Source of the DNA: a virus
DNA: 64,000 nucleotides
Direction: 5' to 3' (one strand)
Virus record (IMG/VR): IMGVR_UViG_3300043425_000676
Span: 1 to 64,000 of that record
A program made the translations under genes and the position numbers. Below are positions 37,731 through 46,058 of the stretch, piece after piece. Every line of letters starts with the position of its first letter. Within the stretch, counting starts at the first letter, position 1. The notes beneath the pieces are model-generated. The model ran no database searches. It worked only from the letters and a program-made list of their open reading frames with translations, and had not been told where the DNA came from.

Positions 37731-37875
37731 AACAGCATCATAGCAGCATTGCCCCGTGAAGGCAATGGCTAAGCTAAGCCAAAAAGTGGTTTTGCAAAAC
37801 CATTGTAAGACCACGAGGGTGGTAACGTTTCCACCGACCGGCAGTACACAAGCATTTATGATGCCCAGGAATCGC

Positions 37876-38160
37876 CTACCAAGCCATCGCCTCAAGGATA
37901 ATCTGACGAATCTTCTTTAGAGTGATCCGAAACATTGCAGACCGAAGCTCTTCCAAATTTGCGCATTGCCAAGTGCTTAGTGAATACAAAGCCTTGACCG
38001 CCCGATTTGCATCCTCGGCACGACCAAACGTCATCTCTGACCAAACACTCTCAACGCCATCGCACAACCATGCAACACGCCATCCAGGAGAGTCAACTGG
38101 CGGAGTTCGCCTGGATTCCGCCAGATCCCAAGTAGCTACCCATCGACCAACTTCCGACAT
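37876..38160 (-). CDS. Hypothetical protein
   Basis: 94 aa ORF with SD GGAGG. Confidence 0.55.
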   Translation of the reverse strand: MSEVGRWVATWDLAESRRTPPVDSPGWRVAWLCDGVESVWSEMTFGRAEDANRAVKALYSLSTWQCANLEELRSAMFRITLKKIRQIILEAMAW

Positions 38161-38206
38161 AATGCAAACCTCCGCTTAGCAACCTACCACTATTGCCCAT
38201 CAATAG

Positions 38207-39577
38207 CTATTCAAACTGAAGCATATCGCTGCTTTTGCCGACTGCCGCATCGATTCGCGCACGAGCAAGCTCGATGTATTCGGCTTCGCGTTCAATTCCG
38301 ACGAACCGAAAACCTTCAAGAATAGCTGCCTTGCCTGTGGATCCTGAGCCGGTGAACGGATCGAGAACAAGTCCGTTTGGCGGCGTGACAAGTCGGCAAA
38401 GGTAACGCATCAGGTCGGTCGGCTTGACCGTGGGGTGGACGTTCTTGCGATTCGTGACAAATCTGCTAGTTACGTCATTTCCTGTATCCCACTCTGCGTT
38501 TTCGGGATTGCGCCTGCCGGACATAGACGACGATGCTTTCGAGTTAAAAGCATCCAAGCCTTCATCTCGGTCTTTCTTGCTTGCCTTCGCGCAATAGAAG
38601 AATCTGGCTGCGCTGCCGGAATCGCCTTCATGGAATCTTGGTGTGCCAAGCGTATTTGCCGCGCTGCCATAGATTTTGTTTTCCGTTCTTGGTTGGCCCG
38701 TAAGGCTTCCGCTTGTCGTCTCAGGAAACAACGCCAGCACCTCATCACTTCCATCGTGGATGAAGTTTGCAGGGAAACGGCCCAATTGCTCAGCCTTAGC
38801 AACCGCTTCATTGCCGCGAGCCTTGCAAGCCTCGATCGCTTCGCTGTCGTGTTTCCAAGGCCTGTCCCACCCCTCTGTGGTTGTGCTGATCCTGCCGCCG
38901 CCTAGCTTGTCCCCGTTCGCCTCCACCCTACACCCATCGATATTCAACCCGCCCGTTCCGTGGGCTAGCACATTCGCGGCGACTGTTGTGGGAAAAGGCT
39001 TACGAGCCAATATGATTGGCTCGTAAGCTGGTTTGAGTGCAGTTCCCCAACCTTGCCATTGTGTAGCTGCTTCGGTTGTCGGGATTGTTGTGTAAGCGTT
39101 CCTGCCGGATTCATCACCCCAAGTGCCACCACCGTCTCGTTTACCATCTTCAAGGCGTAGTAGGCGATCACCCCCTCGTTTGAGTGGGCCGACCTGCCGT
39201 TCCGCCCCAGCGGCCTTGTCAATCGCCTTGCTCACATCCAGCGATTTCGGAAAACCCGAGCCATATACCCACATGAGGCAGTCTCTAATCTCCCAACCAG
39301 CATCCTCAATGGCGCAGGCGAGTCGGTGGTACGTCCTCGTACCACCGAACGCCAGAAGATGCGCGCCCGGCTTTGCGACCCGCAAAGCCGCTTCCCAAAA
39401 CGGCATCCCAGGTACGCCGTGATCCCACTGTTTGCCCATAAAGGCCAACCCATAGGGCGGGTCGGTCACGATTGCGTCAACCGAACAGTCCGCAAAAGTT
39501 TTGAGTACGTCTAGGCAATCGCCATGGTGCAATGTGTAGCAATTCATCAAAATGTCCCGTGTAATTGCGCTACTCAA
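38207..39577 (-). CDS. DNA methyltransferase, beta class (N6-A/N4-C)
   Basis: VTDPPY, HPTVKP, LDPFTGSGSTG. Confidence 0.92.
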   Translation of the reverse strand: MSSAITRDILMNCYTLHHGDCLDVLKTFADCSVDAIVTDPPYGLAFMGKQWDHGVPGMPFWEAALRVAKPGAHLLAFGGTRTYHRLACAIEDAGWEIRDCLMWVYGSGFPKSLDVSKAIDKAAGAERQVGPLKRGGDRLLRLEDGKRDGGGTWGDESGRNAYTTIPTTEAATQWQGWGTALKPAYEPIILARKPFPTTVAANVLAHGTGGLNIDGCRVEANGDKLGGGRISTTTEGWDRPWKHDSEAIEACKARGNEAVAKAEQLGRFPANFIHDGSDEVLALFPETTSGSLTGQPRTENKIYGSAANTLGTPRFHEGDSGSAARFFYCAKASKKDRDEGLDAFNSKASSSMSGRRNPENAEWDTGNDVTSRFVTNRKNVHPTVKPTDLMRYLCRLVTPPNGLVLDPFTGSGSTGKAAILEGFRFVGIEREAEYIELARARIDAAVGKSSDMLQFE

Positions 39578-40742
39578 AAAGAACGTTTTGTTTCAATTTA
39601 TCAGCTTTTTGTACCGCCGAATCAATTCGATCGACAGCCAGCTTGATGTACTCTGGATTCAACTCAATGCCGACGTATTTTCTGCCATTCAAGATTGAAA
39701 CCTCGCCCGTGGTTCCGCTTCCGTTAAACGGATCGAGAATAACACCACCTTTGCGGGAGCCAGCAAGGACGCAAGGCTCAATTAGCGCAGGAGGAAATGT
39801 GGCAAAGTGAGCGCCTTTGTACGGTTTTGTGGTGACAGTCCAAACGGAGCGTTTGTTTCTGCCTTTTTCTAGGTCTACCGTCATGTCCCCAAAGTCGTTG
39901 TCGTAATTATGACCCTGCATACTTTCTTTGCTTCCTCCGCCGTTTTGAGCTCTTTTCCATCGGTATTTAGCTCGCTCGTGCGTTGCTTTGCTGCATGGCT
40001 CTTTGATCGCCTCATTGTCGAAGTAGTACCTTGCCGACTTGCTCAGCAAAAAAACGTACTCGTGAGATTTGGTACAGCGATCGGTGACGCTTTCAGGCAT
40101 TGGGTTGGGTTTGTGCCAGATGATGTCTTGGCGTAGATACCAACCATCGGCTTGCAAGGCAAAAGCAACGCGCCAAGGGATGCCAATGAGGTCTTTGGTT
40201 TTTAGCCCAACAGGAGTGCCGATCCGAGGAACGCTATTCTGAGCCTCGGGGTTGTTTGCGCCAACACCAGGGTTTGTGGATTGCTGGCGATCCGCTTTTG
40301 TGCCAGTGGCATAACTATCCCCAAGATTCAGCCACAGCGTCCCGTCGTCTCTAAGCACCCTCCGGACTTCACGAAACACCGAAACCAATTTAGCTACATA
40401 GGCATCCGGTGTCGGCTCTAAACCAATTTGACTATCAACCCTGATAGCACCGCACTTGCCGCACTTATCCTTGTACGGAATCCACAAAGCGTCTTTGTCC
40501 AGTCTGCCCTCAGAAGTTCGACTCCCACCATCGCAAGCGTTTGCAGCCTCAGCAAGATTGCGCCGTTGACGAATCTCTTTTTCTCGATGATCGCAACCAG
40601 GGTCGCCACCCTCCCACTTTGCCGTCCCGTAATCGCGCAAGCCGAAATACGGAGGCGACGTTACGCAACAATCAACCGCCCCTTGCTCCATCGATCGAAG
40701 CACAGACAAACAATCACCGCAATGCAATGTGTAAGGTTTCAT
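39570..40742 (-). CDS. DNA methyltransferase, beta class (likely N4-cytosine)
   Basis: VTSPPY, WHKPNPMPESVTDR, HFATFP, LDPFNGSGTTG. Confidence 0.92.
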   Translation of the reverse strand: MKPYTLHCGDCLSVLRSMEQGAVDCCVTSPPYFGLRDYGTAKWEGGDPGCDHREKEIRQRRNLAEAANACDGGSRTSEGRLDKDALWIPYKDKCGKCGAIRVDSQIGLEPTPDAYVAKLVSVFREVRRVLRDDGTLWLNLGDSYATGTKADRQQSTNPGVGANNPEAQNSVPRIGTPVGLKTKDLIGIPWRVAFALQADGWYLRQDIIWHKPNPMPESVTDRCTKSHEYVFLLSKSARYYFDNEAIKEPCSKATHERAKYRWKRAQNGGGSKESMQGHNYDNDFGDMTVDLEKGRNKRSVWTVTTKPYKGAHFATFPPALIEPCVLAGSRKGGVILDPFNGSGTTGEVSILNGRKYVGIELNPEYIKLAVDRIDSAVQKADKLKQNVLFE

Positions 40743-41058
40743 GCCAACAACCTACCATCATTGCCCCGATAACGCAAGTCAAAAATTGGAAGGGAAGCGA
40801 GGGGGTATACCGTGCCACGGCCCCGCGACGGGGCGGGGTCTGGATCGTTTTCCGGTGCGGTGCGGGTGTTCGTCGTCCGCGTCGGTTCCTTCGTCCGTCT
40901 CGCGTCGTCGTCCATCGCGCCACGTTTCAAGCTCGCGAAGCGTGACAAATAGGCTCATAGACTCGCGAAGCTCAGAAACATTAAGAAAACACCACAAAAA
41001 ACACCGCGTCAGACCATGCCACGTGGTCTATACCCGTGGCGACCTGCCGAATTGGCAC

Positions 41059-41754
41059 TTACCGCATCTCGGCAAGCAATCCGCGGATCTCATCGATTGC
41101 CATCCGTTCGCGGCGGATCGTCTCTCGCTCGTCTTCCACCGAGGCGGAAGCCTTCGCAGCCACATCAACGAATTTGCTGTATGCGCGGATCGAGGTTTCC
41201 AGCCAGCCAAGCGCTGACCAACTCGGTGCCGGCTGAAGCGCTCTGGACAGGTCTACGATTGTGAGCCCATCGACCGTCCTCGTGACGCTGAGTCTATTTG
41301 CTTGCACCCATTGGATTTCATGCGCAAGGCTGCTATTCGCGGGCAGTGTGGGCCAGTCCGCCGGGATCGCGTCGAGACCGACCACTCCGGCGTCCTGATT
41401 GCGCGCCCGCGCCTGCGACTCGTCAACCGATTGGACAGGCTCGGCGTGGTGCTCGCCGCTAACGGCTTCGCCCCCCACCTGACTTTCCCGTTGTTCTTCC
41501 ATCGGCGGTTGTGCCGCTGCGATTGCTCGCTTTGCTTCGTCAATCTCCGCTTGCGTCAATGGTGGGTAGAGCGTTTCCAGTTGGCGGTACGTCGTCTCTT
41601 GCGCCTCGTGCTTACTCAGCCCGATGCTTCGAGCCTCCTTCATCAGCCTATCGCGGTCGGTCATGGCTTGCAGCCATCGCCCTTCCGCTCGCAGTCGCGT
41701 CACCACTCGTGACTTCATCGCATCGAGGTCGCTTCCGCTGTCGTTTTCCGCCAT
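41059..41754 (-). CDS. Helical hypothetical protein, candidate terminase small subunit
   Basis: 231 aa helical protein next to a GC-rich non-coding tract; no TerS next to terL; function is an inference. Confidence 0.35.
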   Translation of the reverse strand: MAENDSGSDLDAMKSRVVTRLRAEGRWLQAMTDRDRLMKEARSIGLSKHEAQETTYRQLETLYPPLTQAEIDEAKRAIAAAQPPMEEQRESQVGGEAVSGEHHAEPVQSVDESQARARNQDAGVVGLDAIPADWPTLPANSSLAHEIQWVQANRLSVTRTVDGLTIVDLSRALQPAPSWSALGWLETSIRAYSKFVDVAAKASASVEDERETIRRERMAIDEIRGLLAEMR

Positions 41755-42079
41755 CGTTCGCTCGTTTCTGTGTCTGGTCAGCGCACAAGGATCCCGGGGT
41801 AACCGCTGGTTATTTATCGACGCCGCAACCGAGTCTCCCGACTCCCGAACAACACCATCCAGTGTAGCCCCTCGCGTCTAGCCAGCAGTGTAGGCGTCAG
41901 CCTGCTCACTGGCGGATTGGTCTAGCTCCGGCTAGTCCACTCGGCAACGTCTCGGCCTGTGCTTCCGCCTTGGGCGCTCGGTGACGCTGCATACCGATCA
42001 ATCTGCCCACCACCTTACCGACCGATCTGGCCACCGTCAAGAAATTCCAAAATATTTTGCTATTTGGGGTTGATTCTAC

Positions 42080-42108
42080 TTGTCGATATGCTCTCCATGG
42101 AGTAGAGT
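42080..42108 (+). promoter_or_regulatory. Putative sigma70-like early promoter
   Basis: TTGTCG-17 nt-TAGAGT at the strand-divergence point, followed by hairpin GGGGC-ATCGT-GCCCC near the expected start site. Confidence 0.45.
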
Positions 42109-42170
42109 ACCCATGGGGGCATCGTGCCCCGCAGTAGTGAGACACTGTTTTTTCTAGGAGATTTCTGATT

Positions 42171-42602
42171 ATGGCGAATTTTGATTCCGATCCGCGTGAT
42201 TTTGCTCTGGAAATGGTCGAAAACGAGGTAGTTTCGGCAGACCATTTATTGCTTTGCTGCCTCAAGTACATGAGCGCCGACGAACTTTCACCGCGTTTTG
42301 CTTGCGACGAGCCAGACCTTTGCATTGATTGCGGCGGTTCTCACATTGAGGAGGGCACCTGCCTGGGTTGCCAGCTCGCCGAGTGGCTAGACACCTTCGA
42401 TGATTCAGAATACGACGTTTCCGCCATGCGTGACGATGTTTCTACCAACAATCTCGAAGTGGGAGACGATGACGCGGCGGAAAAATACCGCCATGAAAAC
42501 ATCGTTCGCGAGTCGATTGTCAATGGCAACTACACCCAAGCCAAAGAGCAGTGCCAACGCTTCGGGCTCGACTACGAGGCGATCCTAAGCGAATGCAACT
42601 AG
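42171..42602 (+). CDS. Very acidic early protein with Cys knuckle
   Basis: SD AGGAGA; D/E-rich; CIDCGG...CLGC. Confidence 0.65.
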   Translation: MANFDSDPRDFALEMVENEVVSADHLLLCCLKYMSADELSPRFACDEPDLCIDCGGSHIEEGTCLGCQLAEWLDTFDDSEYDVSAMRDDVSTNNLEVGDDDAAEKYRHENIVRESIVNGNYTQAKEQCQRFGLDYEAILSECN

Positions 42603-42649
42603 ACTCGGGGGGGTTAGGCCGAGTGCGGAGGGGTTCGCCCCTCGTCCCC
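42603..42649 (+). ncRNA. Pistol-ribozyme-like core lacking P1 (copy 1)
   Basis: ACTCGG-G-GGGG-TTAGG-CCGAGT-GCG-GAGGGG-TTCG-CCCCTC-GT-CCCC. Confidence 0.7.
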
Positions 42650-42693
42650 GCTGTCGCGTGACAGCAAGCAACAACGAAACAGGAGAAACGACG

Positions 42694-42912
42694 ATGCCAA
42701 AGACCATCGACCAAACCAATCCAATCGAGCGCAATATCCGCGAAGCAATCGCCAGGATGAAGCGATCTAAGACTACTGGCGCCTCCATGGATTGCCTTTT
42801 CTTGAACACTCGTACTGCTGGCGTGACCGTGCCGGTCGGCATGTACCGTGCCGAGTTTGAGAAGCTCGCCCATCGCGTGGCAAGGGATCTGGCGTTCGAT
42901 CTTTACTGCTAG
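42694..42912 (+). CDS. Hypothetical early protein
   Basis: SD CAGGAGA; MPKTIDQ... Confidence 0.6.
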   Translation: MPKTIDQTNPIERNIREAIARMKRSKTTGASMDCLFLNTRTAGVTVPVGMYRAEFEKLAHRVARDLAFDLYC

Positions 42913-42953
42913 CAGGGGTTAGGGCTAGTGCGGCGCCTTCGGGCGCGTCCCCT
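42908..42953 (+). ncRNA. Pistol-ribozyme-like core lacking P1 (copy 2)
   Basis: GCTAGC-A-GGGG-TTAGG-GCTAGT-GCG-GCGCC-TTCG-GGCGC-GT-CCCC-T; stems covary with copy 1. Confidence 0.7.
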
Positions 42954-43019
42954 CGTCGACACTGTGTCGGCGGATCACCGCAGGCGTGAGACCCTGCCAA
43001 GCTTTCAGGAGAATTGACC

Positions 43020-43478
43020 GTGAAGACTGTATTTGAGACAAGATTTGCCAAAGTCGGCGAGACAGAGGAACACTACGGCGGAGTACGTTCAGCCCGAGTC
43101 GGCGGAGTCGATGACGCGAAGGAATTTGCGAGAAAGCACCTCGTACCGTATTTTGCCGACAAATGCGATGCAGAGGAATTTTTGATTGTCACCCTAGATA
43201 CCCAACACCGCCCAATTCGGATTGTCCGCGTTACTCGCGGGACGGTGAACGCAAGCCTAGTCCACCCCCGAGAAGTGTTCCGTCCAGCTATTGCCGACTG
43301 TGCGGCTGCGATGTTTCTGGTTCACAATCACCCATCTGGCGATCCGACCCCTAGTCAAGAAGATCGAGCGGTTACACGGCGTCTCAAGGACGCTGCCGCG
43401 ATCATTGGTATATCGATCCTAGATCACCTGATCGTCGGAGACACCATCGTCTCACTGGCTGAATACGGCTGGTTTTAG
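43020..43478 (+). CDS. RadC-like JAB/MPN domain protein
   Basis: E...GTVNASLVHPREVFR...HNHPSGDPTPSQED...LDHLIVG. Confidence 0.92.
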   Translation: MKTVFETRFAKVGETEEHYGGVRSARVGGVDDAKEFARKHLVPYFADKCDAEEFLIVTLDTQHRPIRIVRVTRGTVNASLVHPREVFRPAIADCAAAMFLVHNHPSGDPTPSQEDRAVTRRLKDAAAIIGISILDHLIVGDTIVSLAEYGWF

Positions 43479-43489
43479 TCCCTGTTCTC

Positions 43490-43581
43490 CCGCAAGTCTC
43501 GGCACACTTGCGGCAAAGTCTCACGAGTGCCGACGCGGTTGGCCGATGCGATATTCGGCTGTTTTTTCCACCAACACGAGA
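43490..43581 (+). ncRNA. Full-topology pistol-like ribozyme with extended P3
   Basis: P1 CCGCAAGT/ACTTGCGG; pseudoknot TCGGCA/TGCCGA; CAAAG linker; P2 TCTC/GAGA; ACGAG loop; GCG; P3 GTTGG/CCAAC. Confidence 0.55.
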
Positions 43582-43597
43582 ACAGGAGACTCGAAAA

Positions 43598-44221
43598 ATG
43601 CTCAAAGTTACACCAGCAGGCGATAACGCCAAGCTAGGCTCAGGAGTCGGAACAACCTACCGCCCAGTGGGAATTACATGCCCAAACACCTGCCCGCTAT
43701 TGGGTAACGGTTGCTACGCCCAACGCGGAAACGTCGCAATCCACGCGGCTAGATCGAAGAACGATAATCACGATTTGATGAAGCTCGCGGCAAACACGCT
43801 GGTTCGCCACCTAGTCTCGGGCGATTGGCTCAAGGCTACCAAGAACGGGCGCAAGATCCTTGACCGCGTATTTGTTCGCGCTGTTATCGCCCTACACCAA
43901 AAGTGCCCCTGGCTCACGGGATGGGGATACACTCACGCGGCGACCGCATGGCAGGCAGCAGGCATCACGCCGGCAGACCTGCCCAGTAATTTACACATCC
44001 TCGCATCATGCGACACGGCAGAGCAGAAAGCCACCCACAACGCCAACGGATGGAGGACAGCCCGAGTTATCGACGAACTGGCAGATAGGCAACCCGACGA
44101 GTTTGTGTGCCCAGTGGATGCAGCCAAGCGGAAGGGCATTCCAGCGGATCGCAGAACCAATTGCGCAAGATGCAAGGCTTGTTTTGCCACCGATCGTAAC
44201 ATTGCTTTTTTGAAGTTTTAA
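43598..44221 (+). CDS. Cys-rich phage protein (Gp88-like, radical-SAM-related)
   Basis: TCPNTCPLLGNGCYA, RHLVSGD, WGYTH, VCP...NCARCKAC. Confidence 0.65.
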   Translation: MLKVTPAGDNAKLGSGVGTTYRPVGITCPNTCPLLGNGCYAQRGNVAIHAARSKNDNHDLMKLAANTLVRHLVSGDWLKATKNGRKILDRVFVRAVIALHQKCPWLTGWGYTHAATAWQAAGITPADLPSNLHILASCDTAEQKATHNANGWRTARVIDELADRQPDEFVCPVDAAKRKGIPADRRTNCARCKACFATDRNIAFLKF

Positions 44222-44238
44222 CCAAGGAGATTCTGACA

Positions 44239-44658
44239 ATGGAAATTAACCTAGAACAAAGACTGTACGTCATTCCATCCGGCAAGGGCTACTCGTGCTT
44301 GGGGTTTGACGTATGCGAACAGCGCAGAGTGTCTTATATGCAATGGCTTGGACTGCCCGTACAACCCGTAGAAATTGGCACGCATCACGCTTATGCGGAA
44401 TACCAACGCGCCTTGGAACTGGTGCGAATACGGTGTAACTCTCCCGGTGTTAGATGCACAGTCGAATTGGTACCTGAGTTAGTGCGGTACGAACGTCGTC
44501 GAGTCGAGGTTACTTACCCCGATGGCACGAAGACCCGCTTTATTGTTGGGGTGTCGACTGGATTTATTCCAGTTCATCTTGAAATCAAGACGCGACGATC
44601 TACCGGCGGAAGTCAAGCGTACTTCCCGCCTGGATCAACAGTACGGCTGGTGGGTTAA
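44239..44658 (+). CDS. Hypothetical early protein
   Basis: SD AAGGAG; RFIVGVSTGFIPVHLEIKTRRSTGG motif. Confidence 0.65.
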   Translation: MEINLEQRLYVIPSGKGYSCLGFDVCEQRRVSYMQWLGLPVQPVEIGTHHAYAEYQRALELVRIRCNSPGVRCTVELVPELVRYERRRVEVTYPDGTKTRFIVGVSTGFIPVHLEIKTRRSTGGSQAYFPPGSTVRLVG

Positions 44659-44663
44659 AGCAA

Positions 44664-44722
44664 GACGTTTCGCGCACGAGACCACTGGCTTGCTAGTGGT
44701 CGACTGCCTGCAGCGTCGCAGG
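44664..44722 (+). ncRNA. Unclassified pseudoknot motif (copy A)
   Basis: GACGTT...stem...CCTGC-AGCGTC-GCAGG; matches 45218-45274 with covariation. Confidence 0.6.
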
Positions 44723-44753
44723 GTATTCAAGGCTTTTAATGGAGATTTGTGTT

Positions 44754-44933
44754 ATGAAGGTGACAATCGAAAACAATGAGTTGGTTATTTGCATACCCGT
44801 TGAGAACCCTCCACGACCAAGTGCAAGCGGTAAGACCCTCATCGTAGCCACGAGCAGCGGAAATCAAACCACGGACGCAATTGTCAATGGTCAATCTGTG
44901 GTGGTCGGACTGAACGCATACATTAAGAGGTAA
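44754..44933 (+). CDS. Small beta protein (SxSGKTLIVAT family), paralogue 1
   Basis: 59 aa; 45/59 identical to 47701-47880. Confidence 0.75.
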   Translation: MKVTIENNELVICIPVENPPRPSASGKTLIVATSSGNQTTDAIVNGQSVVVGLNAYIKR

Positions 44934-44935
44934 GC

Positions 44936-45217
44936 ATGAAATACTTCATTGAGCGAACTATTGGTGCTCATTCCGACACACTCGAAAAGCTCTGGGAAGG
45001 TAATGATTTACCTTTGTTCAGCCGCAATGGACATCCGTATTGCTTCAGTTGCTACAGAGAAGCTCAAAGAGTGCTCTGGAGACTTCAAGCACGATACCCC
45101 GTAACGATCGATACTCCTAGATCACCATCTGTGCCAATTGATTATTCCTTGGAAAGCATAGACACATCGGCAGCTCAAGAGTACAGACCGCAACAACACT
45201 TAGGCATGTTTGTTTAA
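44936..45217 (+). CDS. Hypothetical protein
   Basis: 93 aa ORF. Confidence 0.5.
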   Translation: MKYFIERTIGAHSDTLEKLWEGNDLPLFSRNGHPYCFSCYREAQRVLWRLQARYPVTIDTPRSPSVPIDYSLESIDTSAAQEYRPQQHLGMFV

Positions 45218-45274
45218 GACGTTTTGCGCCTGAGGGGGCTCGCCCGAACCCCTAACGGCCTGCAACGTCGCAGG
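45218..45274 (+). ncRNA. Unclassified pseudoknot motif (copy B)
   Basis: GACGTT...stem...CCTGC-AACGTC-GCAGG, starting right after the TAA stop. Confidence 0.6.
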
Positions 45275-45301
45275 AACACAACACAACAGGAGAACAGAAC
45301 G

Positions 45302-45706
45302 ATGGCAGATCGATTTTACGGCACAGTTTATTTGGGTGGGAAGCTAACTCAAGAGCAGTTCAAGAAGTGCGAGGAATTGCTAGAGGATTGCTTGGAACAC
45401 GGCGACGAGCTAAACGAGGATGGTTCAGCGTCATTTTCCGAATGCACTAGCAGCGACTTCCAAGGCATCGTCGAGTATTGCACATCCAACGGTATCGCCT
45501 TGTCCTTGCATTGGGACGCCAAGTGGGAACAAGAAGCAAACGTGGAATACTGGATGGACGGCGAATACAAGCAGTTTTTCGCGGCTGGTGATGGAGACAT
45601 CGCCATTAGGCTGGCGGAGCTGCAAGAGCACCCCGATATGACCATTGCCGAGTTTATCGCCAAGATGCAGATTCCCGAGTTCCCAACCTTCGAAATTGCT
45701 GACTGA
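45302..45706 (+). CDS. Acidic hypothetical protein
   Basis: SD CAGGAGA; MADRFYG... Confidence 0.65.
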   Translation: MADRFYGTVYLGGKLTQEQFKKCEELLEDCLEHGDELNEDGSASFSECTSSDFQGIVEYCTSNGIALSLHWDAKWEQEANVEYWMDGEYKQFFAAGDGDIAIRLAELQEHPDMTIAEFIAKMQIPEFPTFEIAD

Positions 45707-45806
45707 TGCGCGTCGGCGACTCGAACGCGAGGGGATTGCCCGATCCCTAAGCGCCCGAGCCCCTGGCAGTCAGGATCGGTAGCATCAAACACAGGAGACA
45801 TAAGCT

Positions 45807-46025
45807 ATGTATAAGCCTGGAACGTTTGTTCTTGACGGCGTTTCGTATGACCTAGCCTTTACGCGCCGACGCTACAGCAACACGACATTCACATGGGTAG
45901 CTGTCAAACTCAACGGAGAGTGGGTTGATCTAGGCGATCCATGGCAATGTATTACGCCAAAAAAGGCTGAGATTGAGGCAGGGTTGAGAATTGTTCTGGC
46001 TGCTAATTCAGTAGCCTTGGTTTAG
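45807..46025 (+). CDS. Hypothetical protein
   Basis: SD CAGGAGA; 72 aa. Confidence 0.6.
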   Translation: MYKPGTFVLDGVSYDLAFTRRRYSNTTFTWVAVKLNGEWVDLGDPWQCITPKKAEIEAGLRIVLAANSVALV

Positions 46026-46058
46026 TTTTTTTACACTTGCAAACAGGAGATTTGCGCA

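Noticed and set aside
45701-45730. Hammerhead ribozyme (CTGATG...GAA)
   Set aside because: Reads CTGATGC and GAAC rather than CTGANGA and GAAA, and stems I and III are not evident.
45218-45770. Permuted twister ribozyme (GAGGG...TAA around a hairpin)
   Set aside because: The conserved L4 loop with its two pseudoknots is absent.
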